The notes under the pieces are model-generated. The model did no database searches, was not told the origin of the DNA, and saw nothing but the letters and a program-made list of their open reading frames with translations. Shown here piece after piece: positions 16,251-25,827 of a DNA stretch of 32,935 bases; position 1 is the stretch's first letter, and each line of letters starts with the position of its first letter. Origin of the DNA: an uncultured Spirochaetales bacterium (GTDB lineage Bacteria > Spirochaetota > Spirochaetia > SPDA01 > CAZSGZ01). A program made the position numbers and the translations under genes. The stretch is taken from NCBI GenBank assembly GCA_964458315.1, contig CAYWIK010000014.1:4203-37137 (forward strand), given 5' to 3'.

Positions 16251-16944
16251 TTTCCGACCATCGCCCTTTAAGGGTGGAAAATTCTAATGCATCTTGTAGC
16301 CGCTTGATAAACTCACGTCTTGGTATTTCCCGGGCCCCGAGGGTGGTTAAATGGGGGGTGTATACCTGACAGTCGATAAAATGAAAATCCAGCTCTTTTA
16401 CCCGCCGGGTAAGAAAAATCAACGCGGCCTTCGAGCTGTCCGCCATGTTACTGAACATCGATTCTCCGAAGAAGCATCTCCCTAACGAAACACCATAGAG
16501 GCCGCCGGCCAGTTTCTCTTCATGCCACGCTTCCGCGCTGTGGGCATACCCTAGACGGTGAAGCTCGCGGTATGCCTCAACCATGTCTTCTGTAATCCAT
16601 GTTCCGGGTTGTTCCGGCCGCTCGATTTCACGGCAGGACCGTATCACCTCATCAAAGCCGGTATCGAAGGTGCACGTAAACACCTCTTTATTGAGCGTCC
16701 GCCTCATCGATTTGGAAATATGCAGTTCTTCCGGAAAAAGCACGAACCGGGGATGGGGAGACCACCAGAGAATCGGTTCGTACTCGGAGTACCAGGGGAA
16801 AATGCCCTGAGCATACGCGGAGAGCAGCATGCCGGGACTCAAGTTTCCCCCGGCAGCGACAATACCTTCCTCTGTGCTTTTATCTACCGGCGGAAATTGA
16901 AAATATTGGTGTTCTTTGAGATATGGAAAGTCCCGGGATTTCAA
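16243..16944 (-). CDS. aat: Leucyl/phenylalanyl-tRNA--protein transferase
   Basis: GGNLSPGMLLSAYAQGIFPW...ILWWSP...GESMFS...REIPRR aligns with my memory of E. coli Aat. The track ORF (to 17127) is over-extended into clpA with no ATG. I place the start at TTG 16944-16942, which overlaps the clpA TGA (GTTTGAAA). That gives 233 aa, the usual Aat length. Confidence 0.7.
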   Translation of the reverse strand: MKSRDFPYLKEHQYFQFPPVDKSTEEGIVAAGGNLSPGMLLSAYAQGIFPWYSEYEPILWWSPHPRFVLFPEELHISKSMRRTLNKEVFTCTFDTGFDEVIRSCREIERPEQPGTWITEDMVEAYRELHRLGYAHSAEAWHEEKLAGGLYGVSLGRCFFGESMFSNMADSSKAALIFLTRRVKELDFHFIDCQVYTPHLTTLGAREIPRREFIKRLQDALEFSTLKGRWSEII

Positions 16945-19211
16945 ACTTCCGTCCGGATTACAATTTCTCCGTTTTCTACGTCTGCAACAGCCGAACCGCC
17001 GTCGGTAAGATCGCCAAATAAGACCGCATCGACGAAATAATTTTTTATCTTTTCCTGTACCACCCTGGCAATATTCCGCGCCCCGAACTCGTGGGAGTAA
17101 CCTTCTTCCGCCAGTTGTTCTCGGCACGCGTCGGTAACGGTGAGTTTTACATTCTTGTCCTCGAGCTGGGCCTGGAACTTTCGAATTTCCTTGTCTACGA
17201 TTTTCAAAATAATTTTTTGATCAAGACGATTAAAAATCACCACTTTGTCGAGACGGTTTCGAAACTCAGGTGAGAAAGTCTTATCCACTGCATCTTTTAT
17301 CGCCCCCGCATCGATCTGACGCTCCCCGAACCCGATAAGGGGCTTACCGATTTCCCTGGCCCCGGCGTTGGAAGTCATAATGACGATCACATTCCGAAAA
17401 TCGGCCTTTCTGCCCGTATTATCGGTAACGGTAGCGTAATCCATCATCTGCAGAAGAACGTTAAATACATCCTGATGGGCCTTCTCCACCTCGTCGAGAA
17501 GGAGTACTGCATGGGGCGTTTTTCGGATTGCATCGGTGAGGAGCCCCCCTTCTTCATACCCGACGTACCCCGGGGGACTTCCAATGAGCCGTGCAACCGT
17601 ATGTTTTTCCTGGTATTCGCTCATGTCGAAACGATGGAGGGCAATCCCTAAAGACGAAGCGAGCTGCCTGGCGAGCTCGGTCTTTCCGACCCCTGTCGGA
17701 CCGACGAATAAAAATGAAGCCACCGGCTTGTCCGGTTCCCTGAACCCTGCCCGGGACCGTTTCACCGCGCGCACTACCTCGAGGACCGGCTGTTCCTGGC
17801 CGTACAGTTCGGCGCGCATCTGTGATTCCAAGTTCTTGAGGGCGTCTTTTTCATTGATCGAAACACTCTTCTCCGGTATCCTCGCTATCTTGGAAACAAC
17901 CGTTTCTATTTCGTGTTCCGATATTTGGACCGGTTCTCCTTCTTCGCTTTCACTTTTAAAATTCTTCATGTGGATGTACGCGCCTGCTTCGTCGATAACA
18001 TCTATCGCCTTGTCCGGAAGATGCCGGTCGTTAATATACTGTGCCGACAGATCTACCGCGGCGCGAATAGCTTCATCCGTGTATTCTACGTGGTGATACT
18101 CTTCATATTTCGATTTTATCCCCTGCAGAATTTCTTCCGTTTCCTTCAGCGTCGGCTCCTGGACCTCGATTTTCTGGAACCTGCGGGACAAAGCACGGTC
18201 CTTATCAAAAAACTTTTTGAACTCTTCAAAGGTGGTGGATCCGATACAGCGCAGCTTTCCCGACTGGAGGGCCGGTTTGAGAAGGTTGGACGCATCCATC
18301 GTTCCTCCCGAAACCGCGCCGGCGCCGATGATCGTGTGGATTTCATCGATAAACAGGATCACCTTCTCTTTCGTTTTAAGCTCTGCAAGCACCTTTTTCA
18401 TCCGTTCTTCGAAATCCCCCCGGTAGCGGGTCCCTGCAATGAGGCTTCCCATATCAAGGGCGTATATTTCAAAACCCTTAAGCAGGGCCGGGACTTTTTC
18501 GGCCGCAATCTGCTGCGCCAAACCCTCGGCGATTGCAGTTTTACCGACCCCGGCATCGCCTACGAGTATCGGATTGTTTTTCAGACGCCTGCAGAGCACC
18601 TGCACCGTCCGTTCGAGCAGGTCCTCCCTCCCGATAAGAGGTTCTAAGCCTCCTTCCTTGGCTAAAGAAGTGAGTTCGGCAGTAAACGATTCGAGGGCGC
18701 TCGCGCTCCGTTTCTTCTTTTCCTTCTGTGCCCCGCCGAGGATATGTTCTCCCCCGAGTAATTTCTGTTCCTGCGTTTCGTCATCTTCCATCAATTGGGC
18801 GTTTGACACCGCCCGCAGAAGATCGGCCTTTCGGATTCCCGCTTTTTTTAAATAGTAAGATCCGAACCCTTTCTCCTCCTGAAAGATTGAAACTACGATG
18901 TCCCCGAGATCGACCTCGCCCTTTTGTGAATTCTGGGTATGGAAAACCGCCCGCTCGATTACTTCCTGGAAGCCGATGGTCTGGATGGGTTCCGAATCAT
19001 CGATAACAGGTATTTGTTTCTCTAAATACTCTTCTACCTCCAGGAAGATGGCATCCGGGTCTGCTCCGCACTCTTCGATAATATTCCGGATTCCTTCGAA
19101 ATAGAGGGCCGCAAACAGAATATGCTCCGGGGTAAGATATTCATGATGCTTCTGCTTCGCTTCCTGATACGCGGCATTTAATACCGACTGAACTTCTTCA
19201 TGTATTCTCAT
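16941..19211 (-). CDS. clpA: ATP-dependent Clp protease ATP-binding subunit ClpA
   Basis: 756 aa. Two AAA+ modules: GDAGVGKTAIAEGLA Walker A with LFIDEIHT, and GPTGVGKTELARQLA with LLLDEVEKAH. No ClpB/ClpC middle domain. Sits directly downstream of clpS. Confidence 0.9.
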   Translation of the reverse strand: MRIHEEVQSVLNAAYQEAKQKHHEYLTPEHILFAALYFEGIRNIIEECGADPDAIFLEVEEYLEKQIPVIDDSEPIQTIGFQEVIERAVFHTQNSQKGEVDLGDIVVSIFQEEKGFGSYYLKKAGIRKADLLRAVSNAQLMEDDETQEQKLLGGEHILGGAQKEKKKRSASALESFTAELTSLAKEGGLEPLIGREDLLERTVQVLCRRLKNNPILVGDAGVGKTAIAEGLAQQIAAEKVPALLKGFEIYALDMGSLIAGTRYRGDFEERMKKVLAELKTKEKVILFIDEIHTIIGAGAVSGGTMDASNLLKPALQSGKLRCIGSTTFEEFKKFFDKDRALSRRFQKIEVQEPTLKETEEILQGIKSKYEEYHHVEYTDEAIRAAVDLSAQYINDRHLPDKAIDVIDEAGAYIHMKNFKSESEEGEPVQISEHEIETVVSKIARIPEKSVSINEKDALKNLESQMRAELYGQEQPVLEVVRAVKRSRAGFREPDKPVASFLFVGPTGVGKTELARQLASSLGIALHRFDMSEYQEKHTVARLIGSPPGYVGYEEGGLLTDAIRKTPHAVLLLDEVEKAHQDVFNVLLQMMDYATVTDNTGRKADFRNVIVIMTSNAGAREIGKPLIGFGERQIDAGAIKDAVDKTFSPEFRNRLDKVVIFNRLDQKIILKIVDKEIRKFQAQLEDKNVKLTVTDACREQLAEEGYSHEFGARNIARVVQEKIKNYFVDAVLFGDLTDGGSAVADVENGEIVIRTEV

Positions 19212-19229
19212 TTTTTTACTGTGCCTTTA

Positions 19230-19553
19230 CTATGCCTTTTCCATTGTACAGCGAAGGGGAAACTCCGCTTTTTTTGCCATTTGCCGAACCTGGCTCACTT
19301 TTGTGGCTGCGATATCAAAAGGATAAATGCCCACATGCCCTTTTCCCTTTCGGTGCACATCCAGCATGATTTTTGCTGCTTCCGCTGCCGATTTATGAAA
19401 CACCTGGATAATAACCTCAACGACAAAATCCATCGTGGTGTAATGGTCGTTATGAAGGACCACTAAATACATTTCCGGCTCTTTTACTTCCTGTTCCGTG
19501 TCCTCGAGTATATCTCCCTGGAAGGTATTTTCGAGATCGCCGTTTCCCGCCAT
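19230..19553 (-). CDS. clpS: ATP-dependent Clp protease adaptor ClpS
   Basis: 107 aa. MYLVVLHNDHYTTMDFVVEVI...AAKIMLDVHRKGKGHVGIYPFDIAATKV matches the ClpS core. 18 nt upstream of clpA. Confidence 0.85.
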   Translation of the reverse strand: MAGNGDLENTFQGDILEDTEQEVKEPEMYLVVLHNDHYTTMDFVVEVIIQVFHKSAAEAAKIMLDVHRKGKGHVGIYPFDIAATKVSQVRQMAKKAEFPLRCTMEKA

Positions 19554-19677
19554 TTAACTATATTTTACGAATATTTTTTTCTCCCGACAAGACGATTATA
19601 CAAAGTTATTTCGAAAATGCACCCTTGCCACAGACACTCATTATCATATAGAAATATAGTAACATGGATTTTCCAAG

Positions 19678-21015
19678 ATGAACATCATTGTGGGACACTC
19701 CAATATGGACCTCGACTGTTTCGGCTCTATGGTCCTCGCGCGTCACATCTATCCGGACCACTTCCTGGTTACAAGCCGGATGATCCATCCGGTAGCGAAA
19801 AATCTCTACAATTTGTATCAAAATCATCTTGATCCCCTTCGTGTAAAAGATTTGCGCGGAGAACGGGTAGAACATATGGTCATCCTCGATACGAGAACAT
19901 TCCGGAGGGTGGAGGAGTATTTCAAGGAACTGGATTCACCCCCGGAGAAAATCGACGTGTATGATCACCATCTCAAGGCTGCGGCTGATATCCCGAATGC
20001 TGAACTTCACTCCCAAGCAGTCGGGGCCAATACCACCCAGATCGGTCTTCTCTGTATGGAGCGTGGAATCCCTATCGGGCAGAACGACGCCACCATCGCC
20101 CTTACCGGAATCTATGCGGATACGGGCAACTTTACCCACGAAGACGTGACTTCTTCCGATTTCGCCGTGGCCCGTTATTTGATGGACCAAAATGCCTCCA
20201 TTAAACTGGTAAAGGAGTTCCTTAAGACCTTGAAGGAGGACCATCAAATTACCCTTTTCCACGAGCTCCTCAACAGGATTTCATATCAGGACATCCACGG
20301 GCACTTTCTCCTTCTAAGCTATATCGAACTCGAACAACAGGTCGGCGGCCTGGCTGCCGTGGTAGAGAAGGTATTTGAAGTTGAGAACACCGATGCAATA
20401 TTCGCGGTGTTCTATTTCAAAAAAGAGCAAGACACGATCATCATCGGCCGGAGCCAAAAACCTTCGATCAATATGAACACCCTGCTCTCGCTGTTCGGCG
20501 GAGGCGGTCATGAATCCGCGGCCTCGGCTTTGGTGAAAAACGGCGGCGGACGGGAGGTGTTCGAGCGGCTTATCCGCAGACTCCACTCGAGTCTCATGCC
20601 CGCAATTACCGCCGAGCAGATCATGACGAAAGAGATCGGCCTTGTCCGCCATTCCTGGTCACTCATGGATGCCTCGATTTTTCTTGAAAAAATCGATCAT
20701 ACCGGTGCGCCGGTGGTAGACGACACGGGTTTATTAGTAGGCTTTATTACCCTCAAGGACATCATGAAGGCACGGAAAGCGGACCAAATGCACGCGCCGG
20801 TAAAGGCATATATGGCGAAGAAATTGATTACCGGCCGGAGAAACTCCACGGTCCGGGAAATCGAAAAGCTGTTGTATAAGAACAACATCGGCCATCTGCC
20901 GGTGGTCGAGGACGGCGCTCTCATCGGCTTGGTGACCCGCTCGGACTACCTTAGATTTGTCCAAAAACATCTGGAAAAAGAAAAACCGATCCTCGAGAGT
21001 TTGTATTCGGCCTGA
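19678..21015 (+). CDS. DHH/DHHA1 phosphoesterase (NrnA-like) with C-terminal tandem CBS domains
   Basis: 445 aa. DHH motifs HSNMDLDCFGS, ILDT, VYDHH. DHHA1 GGGGHESAA. Two CBS-like repeats at the C-terminus. Confidence 0.8.
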   Translation: MNIIVGHSNMDLDCFGSMVLARHIYPDHFLVTSRMIHPVAKNLYNLYQNHLDPLRVKDLRGERVEHMVILDTRTFRRVEEYFKELDSPPEKIDVYDHHLKAAADIPNAELHSQAVGANTTQIGLLCMERGIPIGQNDATIALTGIYADTGNFTHEDVTSSDFAVARYLMDQNASIKLVKEFLKTLKEDHQITLFHELLNRISYQDIHGHFLLLSYIELEQQVGGLAAVVEKVFEVENTDAIFAVFYFKKEQDTIIIGRSQKPSINMNTLLSLFGGGGHESAASALVKNGGGREVFERLIRRLHSSLMPAITAEQIMTKEIGLVRHSWSLMDASIFLEKIDHTGAPVVDDTGLLVGFITLKDIMKARKADQMHAPVKAYMAKKLITGRRNSTVREIEKLLYKNNIGHLPVVEDGALIGLVTRSDYLRFVQKHLEKEKPILESLYSA

Positions 21016-21031
21016 CCCGCAGCCTCCGTTC

Positions 21032-21319
21032 TTATTTATCCCAATCCTTATAATGAAGCGCTTCGTATTCGAGTTTGAGGACCAGATGGTCTAAGGGAGA
21101 AATCTCTTCACTTTTGTTTTTATGTCGGATCGTCTCCAGGTCCGGAATTTGCTCCTGCGTATAATGTTCGACCGTAAAACGGGCCTTTTCAGCGAGGGTA
21201 TGTCCCGGCGCATCCTGCAGGTAACTCATGAGGAGGGATTTGCTGGTATTCCGCAGCCCGCTCTCCGTTATATGTTCTATAACATCGAAGAGGGCCCGGA
21301 GGAATGCGTCTCTGCCCAT
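21032..21319 (-). CDS. Hypothetical protein (95 aa)
   Basis: ORF only, with no recognisable domain. The track start at 21325 is a TTG. The first ATG is at 21319 and the Shine-Dalgarno is weak. Confidence 0.3.
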   Translation of the reverse strand: MGRDAFLRALFDVIEHITESGLRNTSKSLLMSYLQDAPGHTLAEKARFTVEHYTQEQIPDLETIRHKNKSEEISPLDHLVLKLEYEALHYKDWDK

Positions 21320-21354
21320 ACTCAAGGATACTACAGCAGACCGGCTGAGTCAAT

Positions 21355-22413
21355 TTAAAGTTCCTCCATTACTTTTGGAAGTATTTTTTCAATATAACGG
21401 ATGTCCCGTCCGGTTATGCCGTAATGGGTGACGAAGCGGATGACGCCGTTTTCCGGCGGATAGGTGAGGATGCCGTGCCCGCCGAGAAGACGGACGAAAC
21501 TGGCCGCCCGGTCCCAATCCCGGACTGCCGAGGTCTCGTCTGCGGCGCGGACCGTGCAAAACACCATATTGATCTTGACCCGGTCGAGATCGACCTCGAG
21601 CTCGTCGCAGCCTGCCAGGATTCCGGCCAGGGTTCTCGCCGTTTCGTGGTCTTCTACAAGCCGGTCCCGCATCTTAGTCAAAGCAATCAATCCCGGAGCC
21701 GCGATGATCCCCGCCTGCCGCATGCCCCCGCCCATAATCTTTCGCAGTTTCCGCGCCCGGGCAATAAATTCACTGCCGCCGGCCACAACCGAGCCTACCG
21801 GCGCGGCGAGTCCTTTGGAAAGACAAAACATGACGCTTTCAGCCTGAGCTGCGATTTCCTCCGGGCCGCAGGCCAGCGCCAGGGCGGCGTTAAAAATACG
21901 CGCGCCGTCGAGGTGGACCGGGATACGATGTTCCAATGCCTTGTCGTGGATTCTCCCCATGGCCGAAAGCGGCTGCACGTCTCCGTTTGAAAGGGCGTTT
22001 TCCAGGGCAATGCATCCTGTTTTTGGAAAGTGGATATCCGAGGCCTTCCGGATCCGGGAATCGACCTCCCCTAAGGAGAGCCAGCTTTCCTTTGGACAGA
22101 CTGTCCGAAGCTGGACTGAAGCGAGAATGGATGCCGCACCCGCCTCGTGTTCCACGATATGGGAGGTTTCCGAAAGTATTACTTCGTTTCCCCGTTCCGC
22201 ATGGGTAAAAAGCGAGAGCTGGTTGCCGAAGGTGCCGGAAGGCACCAGCAGGGCGGCCTCCTTCCCTAAGATTTCGGCGGCGGTTTTTTCCAGCCGGTTG
22301 ACTTCCGGATCTTCCCCCAGAACATCGTCACCGAGATCCGCATGCTGCATCGCTTTTCGCATCTCTTTCGCAGGCAGCGTAACGGTGTCCGAGCGTAAAT
22401 CGATTACTCCCAT
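21355..22413 (-). CDS. ltaE: Low-specificity L-threonine aldolase (PLP-dependent)
   Basis: 352 aa. IDLRSDTVT, GDDVLGEDP, VHLDGARIFNA, CLSKGLAAPVGS and GGGMRQAGI are near-identical to motifs I recall from E. coli LtaE. Confidence 0.8.
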   Translation of the reverse strand: MGVIDLRSDTVTLPAKEMRKAMQHADLGDDVLGEDPEVNRLEKTAAEILGKEAALLVPSGTFGNQLSLFTHAERGNEVILSETSHIVEHEAGAASILASVQLRTVCPKESWLSLGEVDSRIRKASDIHFPKTGCIALENALSNGDVQPLSAMGRIHDKALEHRIPVHLDGARIFNAALALACGPEEIAAQAESVMFCLSKGLAAPVGSVVAGGSEFIARARKLRKIMGGGMRQAGIIAAPGLIALTKMRDRLVEDHETARTLAGILAGCDELEVDLDRVKINMVFCTVRAADETSAVRDWDRAASFVRLLGGHGILTYPPENGVIRFVTHYGITGRDIRYIEKILPKVMEEL

Positions 22414-22414
22414 C

Positions 22415-23665
22415 TTAAAACAACGCCTCCAGTACGTAAAAATGATTGGTATCGGTGCCGAAAATCATCCAGTCCTGGGCAATCACCGGCGCGCTCAAAA
22501 GCCGTCCGTCAATATCCATCTCCCACATTTTCTTCCCGGTCCGCGCGGAAAGACATACAATTTTCGGCGGTTCGCCGAACCCGGTCCGGCCGGTACCGTC
22601 GATACCGAAATAAACATAATTACCCGCCACCGTAGGCGCGCTGGTGGTAATGGTATCAAACTCCCTCTCCCAAACAGGTTTCCCCGTTTTTTTGTCCAAT
22701 GCACGGACGATACTGTCGCCGCTCGTGTAGATTACCAGGTTGTTCCAGAGGGAAGGCGCTAAATAGTCGAGGAGGCGCATGTACTGTTCAAACAGCGCCT
22801 GCTGATCGTAGACGCCTCGAAAGGGCCACGCGGCGAAATCGGAATGCTTCCAGATCTGCTTTCCCGTCTTCCTGTCAAACGCGTAGTAGTCAAGCTCCCA
22901 GTGGGTATGATACGGGTCCATGGTGGAGAAATAGAGATAGTCTCCCTCGATTGCGGGGAAGGAGTACCAAACCGCATCGAAAAGGGCGGTGTCCAGGATC
23001 CAAAGATAACTCTTTGTCGAAATGTCCCAGGCGCCCATGCTGTGGGGACGGTCGACCGGTCCCGGGGCGAAATAGATGACATTGTCGTAGACCTGGAAGG
23101 TAAAGTAATACCACACCGGATTCGGCAGACGCCATTGCTCTTTTCCGGTCTGCGGTTCGAGAGAATAGACGTTTCCTCCGTCGCTTACGAAAATAATCGA
23201 ATTTTTATGGCGAATGATGGTTGATTGGATTGTACTGTCTGCCTGGAAAGACCAGACTTCCTGTCCGTTCTGCTGCGAAAGAGCGTACAGTTTTCCGTTA
23301 TTAGAGCCGACATAGACCCGTTCGTCATCCGCGTAGGGAACTGAGTTGACGGCGCCGGTTGTTTTGTACACCCACCGCATATACCCGCTTTCAATATCCA
23401 GGGCATAGACGTTTCCGTCCGTCGAGCCGAAATAGATCGTCTCGTCAAGAACAACGGGATTGTTGAACGCATAGGCCCGCTCGCCGTGTTCCTGAAGCTT
23501 AAGTTTCCACTTGGTCCCCAAGGGCGGATTCAAGGTTGTAGAGGTGGCGCCTTTCCCCTGCTCTCCCCTGAACATCACCCAGTTCTTTCGCTGTCCGCAG
23601 CCGAAGAAAATAAAGGAAACCGCGCATATACAACACAGTTTGACAAACAAAGCTCGTCTACTCAT
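22415..23665 (-). CDS. PQQ-repeat beta-propeller lipoprotein (BamB-like fold)
   Basis: 416 aa. Lipobox IFFGC. Repeated GxVYALDxxxGxxxW-type PQQ motifs. Its ATG shares a base with the TGA of the upstream transglutaminase gene, and its stop is 1 nt from the ltaE start. Confidence 0.7.
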   Translation of the reverse strand: MSRRALFVKLCCICAVSFIFFGCGQRKNWVMFRGEQGKGATSTTLNPPLGTKWKLKLQEHGERAYAFNNPVVLDETIYFGSTDGNVYALDIESGYMRWVYKTTGAVNSVPYADDERVYVGSNNGKLYALSQQNGQEVWSFQADSTIQSTIIRHKNSIIFVSDGGNVYSLEPQTGKEQWRLPNPVWYYFTFQVYDNVIYFAPGPVDRPHSMGAWDISTKSYLWILDTALFDAVWYSFPAIEGDYLYFSTMDPYHTHWELDYYAFDRKTGKQIWKHSDFAAWPFRGVYDQQALFEQYMRLLDYLAPSLWNNLVIYTSGDSIVRALDKKTGKPVWEREFDTITTSAPTVAGNYVYFGIDGTGRTGFGEPPKIVCLSARTGKKMWEMDIDGRLLSAPVIAQDWMIFGTDTNHFYVLEALF

Positions 23666-25827
23666 CAGTAATACAACCCCCGGAGACTGAAAATCCGACG
23701 GAAAAAAGGCAGAAACCCCTGTTTGCGGTTTTTCTTAAGCTGTTCATAGGCGAAAAAAATCTTGTCCCAGAGCCGCCTTTTTTCCTCTTCCTCTATATGC
23801 TGCCGATACCGGAGTTCGGTGTAAACATCGGCAAAATCTCCAAACTCGGGATACTGCTCCGCATACTCTTTCACCGTCTGCCACCTCTTTTTGACCTGCC
23901 AGCCCTCCGCGGCTTTTTTCATAAGCACGAGCTGCAGCAGTGCGTAGAGAGAACGATGGGTCCCCTTTCTGCTTCGGGACGCCAAGACGAGCTCCCGGAG
24001 ATACCGGTAGAGATAGACCCCTCCGATCGCGGCCCCTGCTATGCCGCCTAAAATCTTGATCATTAAAAGCCAGGGGAAGGTAAATGTATCTTCCTCGTAT
24101 ACTACCTCTTCGATAAGGGGGATGACGACATCCTGCTGATTCATGTCGAATCCCGGAGGCGGCGGTATGGCGTGGGAGGTGGTCTCGAAATCGACCCACC
24201 CGTAGCCCGGCATATAATATTGTACCCAGGAGTGATGGTGAGCCGTGGTTACGAGGTAGAGAGAATCGAGGGGATACTGCTGAAGGGGTTCGATGGCCTT
24301 CTGCAGTTCGTAGAGTCCCCGCATGTGCGCCATGGTCTGGAGTCCCCGGGAAGCGAGATAGCCGGTGACCACCCGGGAGGGAATGCCCGCCATCCGTCCG
24401 AGGATTGCAGCGGTGTTGGAGAATTCGGTACAGTCGCCCTCACGGTAGCGGGTGAGAAAATTGTACAGTTTTTCTACATGCACATTGTCGTCGAATCCGA
24501 GCTGGTATTGAAACTCGGTAAAACTCTTTAGAATTGCATCGATCTTCTCTATGTACCCTTCGCCGCCCTCGAGGTTTTCCTCGAGGAAATCTTCGAATGC
24601 CGCTCGATATTCATCGGGAAGGGAAACTTCCAGGTAGCCGGCAAGCGCGGCCTTCTCTTCCGCTCCGAGTCCGTCTATTTCGTTAATTTCCTCGTCAGAT
24701 GCAACGCTTACCCGCGAGACCGCATGGTAGGTGTAATCGAAGGGGTGGTACCGTTTATTGAGAATCGTCGGTTCAACCATTTCCGGACGGTACGGAATGA
24801 CCTTCTCGGGAATGGTTGAAAAAAAGTCGACCGAAAAGGGCCAGCGTCCCGCATCTAAAGGCGGATTTTCATCCCGCCAGGAATCGAGAAGACGAATGTA
24901 TGAAAGCTCGTTTAACGCCTGATCGTACGAGTAGAGAAAGCCGCGTTTCGGATCGAAGGTGCCGAAATAACTTTCAGCCGCGTAGATCGGGTCGTATTCG
25001 CCTGCCACCACCATGACCGCGTACTGTCTGCCGCCGTTTTCTCCTTCTCCGAACCTGTTTCCCCATTGGTCGGACGGAATTCCTTTGAGCTTCCCTTCCT
25101 GATCTCCCTCGCCGTTTTGCATTTCGCCTCTATCGCTCCGCCCGCCCCTGTCGAAGGGATACCCGTCGGAATCGTAAGGAATGTCCTTGATTAAATCGTC
25201 ATCCGGAGCATTAAAAACAATCGAGTGCTCGACAAAGTTTGGCGGCAATACAAAGGCAAGAAGCAAAAAAAGCGGTATAATGACGGAAAATGCCAGCACT
25301 TCCCTCCGCTTCCGTTTCTTACCGCCGGGCTGGAAACCGGAAAAATAGAGGGCCAGTCCGTGAAGCAGAAAGGAGCATATGGTCACCACCAGCAGGACCT
25401 GGGTGATCCCTGTACTAGCCCTTGCGACCTCCTCGGAAGCCCGTGAAAAATTGAGAAGCTTATAGTAGACGAAGGCAAGAAAGAACTGTTCAAAAACGGC
25501 GAGGTTCCTTCCGAGGAGTTTTGTCTTGAAAATGAGATAGGTCAAAACGAAAGAGAGGATGCCGCCGGCAAGTACCAGCCGGAGAGAGCCGCTGATTCCC
25601 CCTAGTAAGACGGAAATGAAGAGCAATGATCCGGCGAGTATAAGGGTAAAGCGGATTTTAAACCGCGGCGGAGTCACAAACGCCGCAATCGTCATTTCAC
25701 CGGGAATGAGGAAAAACCATACCCACCACCCGGTCCAGTCGTAAGGAACTACGATGGAAGGATGAAGGATGGGCATCAACATCGCCACCAGGTAAAGGAG
25801 CAGTCTGGTAAAAAAGGGGAAAATCAT
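23665..25827 (-). CDS. TgpA-like transglutaminase-domain membrane protein (N-terminal multi-TM, periplasmic transglutaminase-like core, C-terminal TM and tail)
   Basis: 720 aa. About 6 N-terminal TM helices. Cys-His-Asp triad candidates in YREGDCTEFSNTAAILGRMAGIPSRVVTGY, HHSWVQYY and WVDFETT. C-terminal TM ILGGIAGAAIGGVYLY. 4-nt overlap with the upstream DUF58 gene. Confidence 0.75.
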   Translation of the reverse strand: MIFPFFTRLLLYLVAMLMPILHPSIVVPYDWTGWWVWFFLIPGEMTIAAFVTPPRFKIRFTLILAGSLLFISVLLGGISGSLRLVLAGGILSFVLTYLIFKTKLLGRNLAVFEQFFLAFVYYKLLNFSRASEEVARASTGITQVLLVVTICSFLLHGLALYFSGFQPGGKKRKRREVLAFSVIIPLFLLLAFVLPPNFVEHSIVFNAPDDDLIKDIPYDSDGYPFDRGGRSDRGEMQNGEGDQEGKLKGIPSDQWGNRFGEGENGGRQYAVMVVAGEYDPIYAAESYFGTFDPKRGFLYSYDQALNELSYIRLLDSWRDENPPLDAGRWPFSVDFFSTIPEKVIPYRPEMVEPTILNKRYHPFDYTYHAVSRVSVASDEEINEIDGLGAEEKAALAGYLEVSLPDEYRAAFEDFLEENLEGGEGYIEKIDAILKSFTEFQYQLGFDDNVHVEKLYNFLTRYREGDCTEFSNTAAILGRMAGIPSRVVTGYLASRGLQTMAHMRGLYELQKAIEPLQQYPLDSLYLVTTAHHHSWVQYYMPGYGWVDFETTSHAIPPPPGFDMNQQDVVIPLIEEVVYEEDTFTFPWLLMIKILGGIAGAAIGGVYLYRYLRELVLASRSRKGTHRSLYALLQLVLMKKAAEGWQVKKRWQTVKEYAEQYPEFGDFADVYTELRYRQHIEEEEKRRLWDKIFFAYEQLKKNRKQGFLPFFRRIFSLRGLYY

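Noticed and set aside
16945-17127. N-terminal 60-codon extension of the aat ORF given in the track
   Set aside because: No ATG. Overlaps the clpA 3' end in another frame. Gives a product 60 aa longer than any Aat, whereas a TTG at the clpA stop gives the canonical length.
17536-18855. Several 138-244-aa plus-strand ORFs antisense to clpA
   Set aside because: Antisense to a highly conserved AAA+ gene. No motifs and no Shine-Dalgarno.
21941-22762. 273-aa plus-strand ORF antisense to ltaE and the propeller gene
   Set aside because: Ser/Arg/Pro-rich antisense artefact spanning two well-supported genes.
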